A stretch of DNA of 64,000 bases from Cenarchaeum sp. (GCA_965206845.1 OZ242221.1:896001-960000); one strand, 5' to 3'. Shown: positions 10,189 to 21,028, counted from the stretch's first letter. Program-made: numbers and translations. The notes: generated from the letters alone by a model not told the origin.

Positions 10189-10500
10189 ACACGCGAGTCT
10201 CGCTTCACGTTCCGCACGCTGGCGCTGCCGGAAACCCGTTCCTGTTGCAAGTCCGGCATTTTATGGAATGATGCACGCGGCCAGTGTCGCAATCCATGCG
10301 ACGAATCCGGAACTGTGAAACATGGTGGCAGGGGCTGGCCTTCGTGTCACAGAGTGCGGTGGTGCACGCTGTGGGCTTCTTGGCCGGATCGTATACCAGA
10401 TCGCCACGCCGGCTGCATTGGCCGTCGCTAGCTCAGATACCCCGCTCTCGGTTCGGCCATCACAGGACTTTTATTTTCCCGGTACGCCACGTACTGTACA

Positions 10501-11019
10501 ATGAAGATGTCTGCAAAGATGAAGAAGATGCTAAACGACCAGATAGGCATGGAGGGTTACGCTTCGAGCTATTACCTCTCGATGGCGTCGTGGTGCGACA
10601 CCATGGGCTACGAGGGAGCGACCAGCTTCTTTTATGCCCAATCCGACGAGGAGAGACAGCACATGCTGAAGATCGTCTTACACCTGAACAGCATAGGGGC
10701 CGCCGTGACGATTCCAGCGATAAAACAGCCCCCCAAGGACTACAAGTCTCTAGAAGACCTGTGCAAGGCCGCGCTGGGAAACGAGCAGGCTGTCACGGTA
10801 GCGTTTGCCAGAATGGCCGAGTACGCCCAGAAGGAGGGGGACTACAGCACCTTTGCGTTCCTGCAGTGGTATGTGAACGAGCAGGTGCAAGAAGAGACGA
10901 AGTTGGAGACAATACTGCAAAAGTTTGAGCTGGTCGGCAGGGACAAGCTGGCTCTGGTGGAGATCGACCGGATAATAGGCTCCATGGCCACTAAGAGCAA
11001 CAAAGCTGATGCGACCTAG
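10501..11019 (+). CDS. ftnA: Non-heme ferritin
   Basis: Ferroxidase residues E..ASSYY, QSDEERQH, LQWYVNEQVQEE. Confidence 0.92.
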   Translation: MKMSAKMKKMLNDQIGMEGYASSYYLSMASWCDTMGYEGATSFFYAQSDEERQHMLKIVLHLNSIGAAVTIPAIKQPPKDYKSLEDLCKAALGNEQAVTVAFARMAEYAQKEGDYSTFAFLQWYVNEQVQEETKLETILQKFELVGRDKLALVEIDRIIGSMATKSNKADAT

Positions 11020-11046
11020 ATTTTGTTTGTGCTTTTTTTTAATTTT
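11020..11046 (+). terminator. Oligo-T archaeal terminator after ferritin
   Basis: TTTTGTTTGTGCTTTTTTTT directly after the stop codon. Confidence 0.5.
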
Positions 11047-11087
11047 CAATGCCCTCCATACGGAGTGGGCAGCATGTTTTGAGAGAA

Positions 11088-11306
11088 TTATTTGAAAAAG
11101 TCGTATTCCTGGCGTTTCTTCTGTTTTGGCAGGTCGTTCATTACTGCCCGTACCACTTCTGGATGGGCATAAGTCAGGTGCCTCAGAAACTTTGCCGATT
11201 CGTCCTTTCGCGTGCCTTCGTCAGCGAAGAGTATTTGTGGGTTGGAGAGTGCGTCCATGATCGTGGTACACTCGTCACATGGTTCAAAGTCAAGATAGAG
11301 CTTCAT
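11088..11306 (-). CDS. Small CxxC hypothetical protein, co-transcribed with cdc48
   Basis: MKLYLDFEPCDEC; starts 3 bp after the cdc48 stop. Confidence 0.75.
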   Translation of the reverse strand: MKLYLDFEPCDECTTIMDALSNPQILFADEGTRKDESAKFLRHLTYAHPEVVRAVMNDLPKQKKRQEYDFFK

Positions 11307-11309
11307 TCC

Positions 11310-13520
11310 TCACACATGATGGCCAGAATGAGTCTTTATACCTTCAGGATCGGACTTCGCGTCTGTCCGGGCCGGGGGAGCCGTGGACGCGGAATACAGA
11401 CCCGAAGCATGCCTTGCCGGTCTCCTCACCTTTTTGATGGCACCCTCCAGATCCTGCTGGGCAATAATGATCTCACTCACGTTCGAAGACCCGGATGCAA
11501 TGTGGCGCCGCAACACATCCTTGGCTGCCCTGTCTGCAACCGCGGCAAGCTCGGCACCACTCAGTCCGCCTGTTAGTTCGGCAAGTTTTGCCATATCCAC
11601 GTCGCCTGCCAGCGGCTTCTTTTTGGCGTGTATCCTTAGGATCTGCTCCCTTGCCACCGCATCCGGATTCGGAACCTCCACGATGTAGTCAAACCGCCCT
11701 GGGCGCAGCATCGCCTCGTCCACAATATCCAACCTGTTTGTTGCGCCGATGATCAGTACGCCGTGCAGTTCTTCCAGACCGTCAATCTCGGTCAGTATTT
11801 GGGACACCACATTCTCGGTCACATGGGACGAGTCGCCGCCGCCTCTTCTTGGAGCCAAGGCATCAATCTCGTCAAAGAAGATTATGCACGGGGCCGCTTG
11901 GCGGGCCTTTCTGAATATCTCCCTCACCCCCTTTTCAGACTCGCCGACCCATTTTGAGAGCAATTCGGGGCCCTTTATGTTGATAAAGTTGGACTCGGTC
12001 GTCTTTGCCAGAGCCTTTGCGATAAGGGTCTTTCCCGTTCCCGGCGGGCCGTAAAGCAGAATTCCTTTGGGGGCCCTGACCCCGGCATGTTCACAGGCAT
12101 CCCTATACTGCAGCGGCCACTCTACAGCCTCCCTGAGCTCCTCCTTTGCCTCCCCCAGCCCGCCCACATCGTTCCAGGACACATCGGGTATCTGAACCAA
12201 CACCTCGCGAAGGGCGGAGGGTTTTATCTCCCTCAGCGCGCTCCCAAAGTCATCATGTCCCACCTTGATCTTCTGCAGCGCACTGCCGGAGATCTTGTCC
12301 TGGTCAAGATCAATCTCTGGCAGGACCCTTCTGAGCGATCTCATGGCGGCCTCTCGGGAGAGCGCCGCCAGATCCGCGCCCACAAAACCGTGCGTGATCC
12401 TTGCTATCTGCCGCAGATCTACCCCATCCCCCAGTGGCATTCCACGTGTGTGAATGTTCAAAATCTCAAGCCTTCCGCCCTCGTCGGGAATTCCTATCTC
12501 AATCTCCCTGTCAAACCGCCCCGGCCTTCTCAGCGCGGGATCAATGGAGTCGGGCCTGTTGGTGGCGGCGATCACTACCACCTTTCCTCTGTCCTTTATC
12601 CCGTCCATCAGTGCGAGAAGTTGTGAGACGACTCTCTTCTCTACCTCGCCGGTGACCTCCTCTCTTCTGGGCGCAATGGAGTCGATCTCGTCTATGAAGA
12701 TTATGCTGGGCGCATGCTCTTCTGCCTGCCTGAATATCTCCCGAATGCGCTCCTCGCTCTCGCCGTAGTGTCTGCCCATGATCTCCGGACCGCTAAGGGA
12801 AGTAAAGTGGGCGCTAGTCTCGCCCGCCAGCGCCTTTGCGATAAGTGTCTTTCCCGTCCCCGGCGGACCGTAAAGCAACACGCCCTTGGGCGCCTCGATG
12901 CCGATCTGCTCAAACAGCTCCGGATGTCTCATGGGGAGCTCGACCGTCTCACGGATCTTCTGCACCTCGTTCTTCAGGCCGCCCAGCTCGTCATACGTTA
13001 TCCTTGGAACGTATGGGTTTACGGCCTTGGTCATACTTCCCAGTTTGAAGATTGTCCTTTCGGTAACGATGGCCGGTTTTGCGGGCTTGGTGCCGGTTAC
13101 AAAAAACTGGGCCCGGCCGCCCAACCTGGTGCCTGCCGTTATCGAGTCGCCTGTTGTAAAGACATGGTTGGCGTAATTGCGCAGCATGTACTCCTGCAGG
13201 CCATCTACCGTGATGTTCTCGGTGGGCGACAGCACGATCTGCTCTGCGTCGACGGCCTCCACCGCCCTGACGCTGATCTTGTCGCCAATCCCCGCGCCGA
13301 TGTTATATCTGGTAACTCCGTCGATGCTGATGCCGTCCGTGTCGTGCTCCTTTGAAGACCCGGGCCACAGTTTTACGTGCGTCTTTTTGTTGTAGACGAG
13401 CTCGAGGATCTGGCCGGCGGCCCAGCCGTATCGGCGGATAACACCGGGGTGCAGAACGGCCACGCCATTTCCAACATGCTGCTGGGCGGCCTCCTTAACC
13501 TTTAGCTCAGTTTTGCTCAT
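11310..13520 (-). CDS. cdc48: CDC48/VCP family AAA+ ATPase
   Basis: N domain plus two AAA modules (GPPGTGKT twice, RRPGRFD). Confidence 0.97.
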   Translation of the reverse strand: MSKTELKVKEAAQQHVGNGVAVLHPGVIRRYGWAAGQILELVYNKKTHVKLWPGSSKEHDTDGISIDGVTRYNIGAGIGDKISVRAVEAVDAEQIVLSPTENITVDGLQEYMLRNYANHVFTTGDSITAGTRLGGRAQFFVTGTKPAKPAIVTERTIFKLGSMTKAVNPYVPRITYDELGGLKNEVQKIRETVELPMRHPELFEQIGIEAPKGVLLYGPPGTGKTLIAKALAGETSAHFTSLSGPEIMGRHYGESEERIREIFRQAEEHAPSIIFIDEIDSIAPRREEVTGEVEKRVVSQLLALMDGIKDRGKVVVIAATNRPDSIDPALRRPGRFDREIEIGIPDEGGRLEILNIHTRGMPLGDGVDLRQIARITHGFVGADLAALSREAAMRSLRRVLPEIDLDQDKISGSALQKIKVGHDDFGSALREIKPSALREVLVQIPDVSWNDVGGLGEAKEELREAVEWPLQYRDACEHAGVRAPKGILLYGPPGTGKTLIAKALAKTTESNFINIKGPELLSKWVGESEKGVREIFRKARQAAPCIIFFDEIDALAPRRGGGDSSHVTENVVSQILTEIDGLEELHGVLIIGATNRLDIVDEAMLRPGRFDYIVEVPNPDAVAREQILRIHAKKKPLAGDVDMAKLAELTGGLSGAELAAVADRAAKDVLRRHIASGSSNVSEIIIAQQDLEGAIKKVRRPARHASGLYSASTAPPARTDAKSDPEGIKTHSGHHV

Positions 13521-13550
13521 AACACATCACCATAAAAAAGGGCAGGGAGG

Positions 13551-14042
13551 TTACTCTACCTCCACCATTCTGCCTTTGGGTTTTTCCGGCCCGAGCTGCT
13601 TGAAGGTCAGCTCAAGAATGCCGTTTTTGTAGCTGGCTTTTGCCGAGCTGGTGTCAATTCTGGGCTTTAGCGGCACCGCGGCGTGGTATTTCTTCTTGCC
13701 ACGCTCTGCGTCTATGTTCACGGTCTTGCTCTCCACCCTGATCTTGACGTCGGACTTCTCAACGCCGGGCATCTCAGCCACCATCTTTACCAGCTTTTGA
13801 CCATCGTCCACGATGGTCTCAACCGAGAGGTTCTGGGAGTCGACGGCGTGCACCTGCTCTGGCCTGATGTTTCCATACTCCCTTGCCACGGGCCTGCCAT
13901 CGGGTCCAACGGACACTGTGTAGCCGTAATAAAACGGCCCCAAGGTGTCGCTCGTCCTTTCGACCTCGTCAAACACAGAGTCCGTGTCCGTCAGGAGTCG
14001 GGCCATGTGTCTGAAGCGTCGATCTATCTCGTTGTTGTACAT
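13551..14042 (-). CDS. hsp20: Small heat shock protein Hsp20
   Basis: GPFYYGYTVSVGPDGRP, AEMPGVEK, AKASYKNGILE. Confidence 0.93.
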   Translation of the reverse strand: MYNNEIDRRFRHMARLLTDTDSVFDEVERTSDTLGPFYYGYTVSVGPDGRPVAREYGNIRPEQVHAVDSQNLSVETIVDDGQKLVKMVAEMPGVEKSDVKIRVESKTVNIDAERGKKKYHAAVPLKPRIDTSSAKASYKNGILELTFKQLGPEKPKGRMVEVE

Positions 14043-14149
14043 GTCATATTCACCTATGTAATGTAATGTATATTACACTATATATACATTTTGTCATAAT
14101 GTACTGCTTATTACATAATGTTATTATTACTGATGTGTGTTATGCCTGT
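14043..14149. promoter_or_regulatory. AT-rich divergent promoter with palindrome TGTAAT-N4-ATTACA
   Basis: Palindrome at 14062-14077; CATAATGT at 14095 and 14114; TATA-like TATATATA. Confidence 0.55.
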
Positions 14150-14803
14150 ATGAGAGCCTCGGTGCCCGCTGTGGTTCGGGAGATAGTAACCCGGAACAGA
14201 TCGATTCATGACTGCATGCGGATGAATGTCATAAATTACACCGCCTTGGCCATGAAGATCCGGCCAGAGGTAGAGAGACTACTGGGGAGTCCGGTAAACC
14301 TGAACACAATAGTGGTAGCCATCAAGAGACAGGCGGACTCCTTTGGGCAAGCGGAGGATGTGCGGGAAGGCACGGTCCTGAAGAACGCTAGGCTGTCCCT
14401 GATCGACGGCATCGTGGATGTCAGAATACCTGCTGGCGACTTTGAACCAGAGGCTGCCGCCCTGCTGTTTGACAGGTTCTCCCGTAGCCCCCAGGATTAT
14501 GATCTGTTTAGGATGGCAGGCACCATTAGGGTGCTGGCGGAGGATGCCGGGGATATAAGGAGTATGTTCGGGTCGCTTTTGGGGGATTTTGAACCGTCCA
14601 GCTCCGGGCTTGTCAAGATCAAGATAACTGCCCCTGAATACAGAAACAGGTCTGATGTGGTCTCGTATGTGGTCGAGACCCTCCATTACAACGGCATCGA
14701 GCTGGTCAACGTCTCGTTTGACCGGGGCAACGTAGTTCTGATCCTAAACGAGGACGATGCGCCAAAGGCGTATGAGGTTCTACGCTCCAAGACATCCGTC
14801 TAA
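14150..14803 (+). CDS. ACT-domain protein with N-terminal HTH-like region, probable regulator
   Basis: INYTALA..I..EVE..LG..VNLNTIVVAIKR N-terminus; C-terminal ACT-like fold. Confidence 0.7.
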   Translation: MRASVPAVVREIVTRNRSIHDCMRMNVINYTALAMKIRPEVERLLGSPVNLNTIVVAIKRQADSFGQAEDVREGTVLKNARLSLIDGIVDVRIPAGDFEPEAAALLFDRFSRSPQDYDLFRMAGTIRVLAEDAGDIRSMFGSLLGDFEPSSSGLVKIKITAPEYRNRSDVVSYVVETLHYNGIELVNVSFDRGNVVLILNEDDAPKAYEVLRSKTSV

Positions 14804-15379
14804 GACACGTGTCAGGCCGCATGTCATGCCGTGTATAGAGGGAGACGGAACGCGATGCAAAAAACACCTCATCCCGCTGGTAGCAAAGGTGTCCGGAACC
14901 ATGGCCTTGTGTCGAAGGTGGGGAGGTGCGCCGGACTTTGGGGGATCGCGAGTCTGATAGTCTGGCGCGCACCGAGCATCCTCGGATCAGCCGCCGACCG
15001 AAGAGATGCCGGGGGGTTTGGCGCGCGGGAGACCTGCATGTCTGTCCGTGCAGCAGCACAACTGCCGCCGGGCCGCGCGCACGGCCCAACAGACAAGAAC
15101 TTCCAAGGTGCATCTGCTCAAACGGCTCTGGGTGCTAGATCACGTCTTCCTTCAGGCACTAAAAACACGCACCCGAAAGAACCTTCACGGCAGTCCGGCG
15201 TAGCAGGCAGCCTTGTGCACCTTCAAAGGCGAAACTATTATTGGCTGGCAGACGGAGGAAAACGTCATGCAATATGAGCGGAGAGTTGTTTTTGGGAACC
15301 GGCTGCCAGTCGTGACTGGCCCCGTGGTCGGTATGCGCCCCCCAGCCGAGCCGGGACGCCTGAGCCGGGGTCGTTGCAG

Positions 15380-16720
15380 ATGACGGAGAGGAAGAAAAAG
15401 ATCCTGGTTCTGGGTGGGGGATTTGCCGGGGTTGAGTGCGCCAGAAGGCTGGAGTCATACTTTGGCGATGACCCGGATATCGAGCTAACCTTGGTGTCAG
15501 AGTCCAATTTTTTGCTGTTCACGCCGATGCTGCCACAGGTGGCCTCTGGCATGATCGAGACTAGGCACATCGTGATACCCATCCGCGGCATCTGCAAGAA
15601 GACCATATTTTATGAGGAACGGGTAAAGAACATAGATCCCTACGGCAAGGTTGTAACCCTCTGGGGCACCCAGAGCAAGAGAAGCATCAGCATCAGTTAT
15701 GACTTTCTGGTTATTGCCCTAGGAAGCGAGACCAACTTTTTTGGTTTGGGGGATGTGAAACGTAATGCGTATACCATGAAGACGCTAGACGACGCCGTCC
15801 TGTTGCGCAACCAGATAATAGACATGCTAGAGCATGCGGAGAACGAGTCCGACCCCATCCTACGGAGGAAGCTGCTCACGTTTGTGGTGGTGGGTGGTGG
15901 TTTTGCCGGGATCGAGACGGCAGGTGAATTGCTGGATCTCCTAGTGGACGCAAAGAAGCACTACCCCCACATTAACAGGGATGATGTTCGGGTGGTGGTC
16001 TTGGAGGCGGGACCCGCGATACTGCCCGGATTTAGCAAAAAGCTGGTAGAGTTTGCGCATGAGAAGCTCAAGAACGGGGGGATTGAGATTATGCTGTCGG
16101 CCGCGGTTACCGGTTTTGACGGCGATGAGGTCACTGTCAAAAACTTTCAGACCAACAAGCCCTGGGATCGGGGAATAATATCAAAGACGCTGATCTGGAC
16201 CGCCGGGGTAACGCCGCCCAACACGATAAAGCGCTCGTTGTTCAAGACGGTGGGGGGCAAGATAGCCGTCGACGATTTTCTTGGGGTGCCTGGCTATCCG
16301 GGGGTCTTTGCCGTTGGGGACTGTGCCATGTTTGTGGAACCTAGCACCGGGAAGCCCCTTGCCCCCACTGCGCAGGCCGCAGAGGCGCAGGCAAGGGTTG
16401 CAGCATACAACCTGCACTCACTAATACGAAACAGGGCAAAGCGAAGGTTTGTGTTCCGTGGGAAGGGCCAGATGGCGATCATAGGAAAACGGACCGGAGT
16501 CGCAACCATTTTTGGCATCAACATGTCTGGTTTCCTAGCGTGGTTCCTGTGGAGAAACGTCTATCTCTCAAAGATTCCCAATCTGGAGAAGCGTGTCAGG
16601 GTTCTGCTTGACTGGACCATAGACCTGTTTTTTGACAGAGACATCTCCCGATTGCGGACGTTTAAGACGCGGGTCGAGAAGGAGTATCAGAGCTTGGATG
16701 CGGTGGATGATGTGTGGTAG
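15380..16720 (+). CDS. ndh: Type II NADH dehydrogenase-like FAD/NAD(P) oxidoreductase
   Basis: Two GGGFAG motifs, FLLFTPMLP, AVGDCA, PTAQAA. Confidence 0.88.
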   Translation: MTERKKKILVLGGGFAGVECARRLESYFGDDPDIELTLVSESNFLLFTPMLPQVASGMIETRHIVIPIRGICKKTIFYEERVKNIDPYGKVVTLWGTQSKRSISISYDFLVIALGSETNFFGLGDVKRNAYTMKTLDDAVLLRNQIIDMLEHAENESDPILRRKLLTFVVVGGGFAGIETAGELLDLLVDAKKHYPHINRDDVRVVVLEAGPAILPGFSKKLVEFAHEKLKNGGIEIMLSAAVTGFDGDEVTVKNFQTNKPWDRGIISKTLIWTAGVTPPNTIKRSLFKTVGGKIAVDDFLGVPGYPGVFAVGDCAMFVEPSTGKPLAPTAQAAEAQARVAAYNLHSLIRNRAKRRFVFRGKGQMAIIGKRTGVATIFGINMSGFLAWFLWRNVYLSKIPNLEKRVRVLLDWTIDLFFDRDISRLRTFKTRVEKEYQSLDAVDDVW

Positions 16721-18324
16721 CGTCTCCACTGGTAGATGACCGCCCCCGGAATGCCGGCGTACAGTCCTAGGCTCAGCAGTATGACGCCCATGCCGTATCC
16801 GAGCATCTCTGCCTCAGAGTTAATCTCTGCATGGTTTAACAGGGAGAGCGTCGATACCAGCGGCGTGATTGTAGCCCTGACTAGCTCCCGGAACGCGGGA
16901 TGCTCCCTCTCGAGATCTGCCACAGCAGGCGAGAACGAGTAGTACAGCTGGTTGAATCCGGTCATGAATGTCTGGCCCGTACCGGTCTGCAGCAGCACCT
17001 CGTCCCGGAGCTCCCTCAGTTGTTGAATCTGGGGAGCCATCTCGGTTCCAAAGGCGGCAGTCGCAATCAGGCAGCCGCCACCGCCCTCCGGGGCTTCAGC
17101 AACCGGTGTGCCGGGTTGGTCTGACCCCGAATCAGGCATGCTATCACCGGAGCCGTCTTCTCCAAAGGCGACCGTGTCTAGCAGCGCATCATACCTGTCT
17201 TCAAACTGACCAAAGGCCTGCGCATCGGCCGCGTATGTGATGACAAAGAATGTGTTCTCATTCAGAGTGGTGGTCTCCTTGAACTGCATGGTTGTTGTGG
17301 CGCCGGTGTTGGTTACAAAACTGCTCACCACGTTTCTTACATAGGCATCCCTCTCGCCCAGTGTAGTCGCGCCCTCAGATATTATCTCCATCCGGTTCCC
17401 CTCGACCAGTTGTTGAATAAGCTCATCCCCCCCTGCTACGAACTCATCCAGGGTTCTTCCGTCGGATGGCGATGTAACGAGGTGGATCGATGCCGGTACG
17501 GCCCCCGCTATAGGGCCTATGATCACCAGGTCTGGGGCGTCCGAACCCGTGCCCCAGCCGCTCTGTGCGTCCCAGCCTTCCGGTATGGTAAATGAGATGC
17601 CAAGCTCGTCGTTGCTGTATTCTGAGCTGGAGGTGGCAAGCACCGGTGTTGTATCCGTCGTCCTCCCCGGCTCTGACCACACCATAAGATCAGGCACGCT
17701 GGCGCGGTCTACAATCTCGACCGTCTCGATCTCCGTGTCCTGCCAGTTGATCGGCACTGTAGAGCCCGTGCCTCCCTGAAGCGAGGCCGGTGTGTCCATT
17801 GCCGCTATGGCGTCCAGCGTCACAAAACTCTCTTGTGTAGCAAGCCTGCCAAATACGGTATACGCCCCGTCAAGGAAGCTGGAGTCACTGTGCACTATGA
17901 AGAACTGGGATCCTGCGCTGTTGGGATCTGCGCTACGCGCCATGGACACAATGCCGCGATCGTGCCGTATGCTGTTGAACTCTGCGTTTATCGTGCCAGC
18001 AGGGCCGCCGGTGCCCCACCTCTGGACGGTCTCCTCACCTTCCCGGGTCAGCGGGTCGCCACCCTGAATCATAAATCCCTCGATTATGCGATGAAACACG
18101 GTTCCGTCATAAAAGCCGCTCCGGGACAGCTCCAGAAAGTTCCGGACATGTTCGGGCGCATCGTCCGGGAAGAACTCGATTACAATCTCGCCGGACTTTG
18201 TATGCAAGATTGCCACCGGCTCGCCGGACTCCGCGTCCGTCGCCAAGCCGGGGCTCTGCGCAAAGGAGGCAGGAACCAAGGTGACCACAATCAGGAGAAC
18301 GGCCGGGATCAGTGACTTTTTCAA
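16687..18324 (-). CDS. Secreted cyclophilin-type PPIase with a PsbP-like middle domain and a CFI-box-CTERM domain
   Basis: Signal peptide; FHRIIEGFMIQGGDP, SAGSQFFI; GGGGCLIATAAFG followed by a C-terminal TM helix. Confidence 0.88.
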   Translation of the reverse strand: MKKSLIPAVLLIVVTLVPASFAQSPGLATDAESGEPVAILHTKSGEIVIEFFPDDAPEHVRNFLELSRSGFYDGTVFHRIIEGFMIQGGDPLTREGEETVQRWGTGGPAGTINAEFNSIRHDRGIVSMARSADPNSAGSQFFIVHSDSSFLDGAYTVFGRLATQESFVTLDAIAAMDTPASLQGGTGSTVPINWQDTEIETVEIVDRASVPDLMVWSEPGRTTDTTPVLATSSSEYSNDELGISFTIPEGWDAQSGWGTGSDAPDLVIIGPIAGAVPASIHLVTSPSDGRTLDEFVAGGDELIQQLVEGNRMEIISEGATTLGERDAYVRNVVSSFVTNTGATTTMQFKETTTLNENTFFVITYAADAQAFGQFEDRYDALLDTVAFGEDGSGDSMPDSGSDQPGTPVAEAPEGGGGCLIATAAFGTEMAPQIQQLRELRDEVLLQTGTGQTFMTGFNQLYYSFSPAVADLEREHPAFRELVRATITPLVSTLSLLNHAEINSEAEMLGYGMGVILLSLGLYAGIPGAVIYQWRRYHTSSTASKL

Positions 18325-18637
18325 TAATAGCCCGCCGCATTACTGGGATAAAAGCTGTTAGTAGCGGGAATCACATAAAACCGCACAAACCGCCGGCGCG
18401 AACAGATCCTCCGGCAGGTTCAACGGCACCGTGGGCACATGCCGGGTTTTGCATGACAACCCGGTGGGTGTGTACAGGTACACGTACGCATGCTCAGCCT
18501 TGAGCGGCCGCCCCTCCGTCACCTAGCTATAGCGACACGCAAAAATTCGCGTAGGGTGTAAGCAGACCGTAAGACTTTGACGCGCTCAAAATCCGCTTAT
18601 GGAATCAAATCCTTCATAGAATACACTGTTTTTTTGA

Positions 18638-18839
18638 CTATGGCGCCGATCGAAAGTTCCTGCAGAGTATATCGCTGGCTTCGATCACGTTTGTCTCAAA
18701 CATGGACACCAGCCATTGACAATTGCCGCCTAATCCGTTCCTAATCTTGACAGACATAACGTTCTGGTATGTGGCTTTGCAGGGAAGCCTAACTGAAATG
18801 ATTCGTGGATTCTGCAAGAACTTTTAGTCGGCGCTATAG
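18638..18839. mobile_element. MITE-like element (202 bp), with an additional degenerate left end at 18527
   Basis: 29-bp imperfect IRs CTATGGCGCCGATCGAAAGTTCCTGCAGA (18638-18666) vs reverse complement of 18811-18839; AT-rich non-coding interior. Confidence 0.65.
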
Positions 18840-19061
18840 TTGTGATCGATTCTAGTAGGTGCTGGTTAATGCTCTGCACAAACTTATGCTCTTAGCTATA
18901 CATCAGCCGTCTGGGACACCAGCAACTACGCGCGCACGGCGCGCCGGAATCCGGCTGGATCTGAATGCCCGGGTAAGCAAACGCCGTGGCCGCTTCGTGC
19001 GTCCCAGCCATGCCAGTCGCGGCGCGTTCGTTTGTGGAAATTTAAAGCCGGCGCGCTGGAT

Positions 19062-19709
19062 TCAGTCGAGCTCAAATTTCGTGTGGTGTTTGTCCTTTGG
19101 GATCTTGACCACGATGACGCCGCCCCATCTGGAAAAGATCCTCTGGCGCGTGTCCCTGGCAAACATCAGCCCGAGTATCAAGTCAATCGCAAGGGGGAAT
19201 GTCTTGCCGAAGTTGCTGAGAAGGAGGCCGCGGCTGGACGGCCTTTGGCCATCGATGCCCGTTACCCTGAGCCGCAGGGCGCGCCGTCCGACGGTAGTCA
19301 TGAGGGCGCGCTCCATGCCGACAAAGTACGCCGGCGTGATGGCATACGGGAGGAGGTTGAACACCACAGCCTCAAAGGAGCACTCAGAACACGTCAGGTA
19401 TTCGAGGGACAACAGACCCGTCATGACATTAGCCGTAACAACGACGACGGCAAGTTCTGGATTATCCTCCGCGGCGGCAGATATTGGACCGTACGGCGGC
19501 ACCCCAATAAATTCCGTAACCGACAACCCCGTGTACCCGCCGCCTTGATTCGAAAAGCCATACCATTCGCCATAATAATCGGTGTCGCTAAACGCCACCG
19601 TCTCAATTGTAAAGATGATGATCACGACTATGATCATATCGATCATAAACGCCACGAAGCGTTCGCTCCAGCGGGCGATGGGGTATATGGCCATACGGCG
19701 CAGGTTCAT
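19062..19709 (-). CDS. RDD family membrane protein
   Basis: ARWSERFVAFMID, TTVGRRALRLRV, RQRIF motifs. Confidence 0.8.
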   Translation of the reverse strand: MNLRRMAIYPIARWSERFVAFMIDMIIVVIIIFTIETVAFSDTDYYGEWYGFSNQGGGYTGLSVTEFIGVPPYGPISAAAEDNPELAVVVVTANVMTGLLSLEYLTCSECSFEAVVFNLLPYAITPAYFVGMERALMTTVGRRALRLRVTGIDGQRPSSRGLLLSNFGKTFPLAIDLILGLMFARDTRQRIFSRWGGVIVVKIPKDKHHTKFELD

Positions 19710-19901
19710 CACCTGGTATAAATATGAAAAACGTCCGGCTTTGCACAAACCGCACGGACAGGTGCGGCAGGCATCAAATACCCTGCAATTGTGGGGCCTA
19801 TTGAGCCATCCAAGCATGATCCCGAGGCGTTGGCCGCCGGGGCATATGTTTTTGCTGGGCTCCTGCAGACCCGATAGAGACCTTCTCGCAGATGCGGGCC
19901 G

Positions 19902-20426
19902 TCACGGTTTGCGGGAACCGTCAAGATCCGCCGAACGCGCCGGTGACCGCTGGCTCTTGCCGCCTTGTCGCGCACAGAGCCGCTCTCCAACCTCATGCCA
20001 ATTGGTGCATATCTCCCCTTGTACGCAAGCCCCCACTTGGATGTTTATCTTTGAGTGTATGCTGTCGCCGGCAGACCTAAAATCGGATCTGTATCCGATG
20101 ACCGGAATCCCCCTGCCAAAGGCATAGCCAATCTCGCAGGCCACCCCGGAGTCGACATCTGAACCATCCAATACGGCCACCACAAGATCGCTGTCCCTTA
20201 TCATCTCAAAGTTTTTGCCGGGCGCTTGGGAGCCAACTAGGTTCCACTCCTTGGCGGCTCTCGGATCGCTAGCGGTTTTGAGACACCACGCATAGTCAAA
20301 TCCCTCAACACCCCAAGGGTCGAGGAGCTCAACCTTCCAACGGTCTCTTGCCAACGCCCTTATGCCGTGCAAGTACTCAACGCCAGACTGTGTAAAGCCG
20401 TAGGGGGACGCGAGATAAACCTTCAC
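19902..20426 (-). CDS. Nucleoside 2-deoxyribosyltransferase family protein
   Basis: VYLASP, DGSDVDSGVACEIGYA, YRSDFR; GTG start inferred. Confidence 0.85.
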   Translation of the reverse strand: MKVYLASPYGFTQSGVEYLHGIRALARDRWKVELLDPWGVEGFDYAWCLKTASDPRAAKEWNLVGSQAPGKNFEMIRDSDLVVAVLDGSDVDSGVACEIGYAFGRGIPVIGYRSDFRSAGDSIHSKINIQVGACVQGEICTNWHEVGERLCARQGGKSQRSPARSADLDGSRKP

Positions 20427-20535
20427 GATTGTACGTCTGTCTTTCGGTAATAAAACCCATCGTGTAGATACATCGGGTAAGCGGTACCGCTTGTGTACCA
20501 TATTAGTTTTTAATATGTACTGCCAGACCACAAGC

Positions 20536-21027
20536 ATGAGCCAAGATGAAAGAATCCATGCGCATGTGGTCTCGGTATGGCGTGAAGGCAAGAAGTTCTT
20601 TACCATCGGTGGCAAGGAGGGAATGCTGGTGCTGACCGACAGAAGATTGGCATTCATCCACAAAACCAAGGCCAAGATGAAGTGGTGGCAATCCGTCGTT
20701 CCGCGCCAGGCGCTGACCTTTATGAAATCAAAAAACACCATGATACGACATGATGGATATGACGAAGAGAGCTTTCAAGAGGACCTGCAGAATGAGAAGA
20801 ACGTGGCGGTGACCTTCAACAATATCACAAAGATCACCACCAAGGAGGAGGTGTGGGGCAGCGTGTTGTACCTTGAATATATGCAAGGCGGAAGCACGGA
20901 AAAGTACCAGTTTTCTGTCGCGCAGGACTGGGTCAAGTATCCTGTAAAGGATCCCACCAAGTTCATGAAGGTTGATTGGAAGCCCTTTGTTGACTTTATC
21001 GCGGAGAGGCGGGTTCTGGTAGAATAG
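20536..21027 (+). CDS. Hypothetical protein with PH/GRAM-like fold
   Basis: EGMLVLTDRRLAF pattern. Confidence 0.7.
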   Translation: MSQDERIHAHVVSVWREGKKFFTIGGKEGMLVLTDRRLAFIHKTKAKMKWWQSVVPRQALTFMKSKNTMIRHDGYDEESFQEDLQNEKNVAVTFNNITKITTKEEVWGSVLYLEYMQGGSTEKYQFSVAQDWVKYPVKDPTKFMKVDWKPFVDFIAERRVLVE

Positions 21028-21028
21028 G

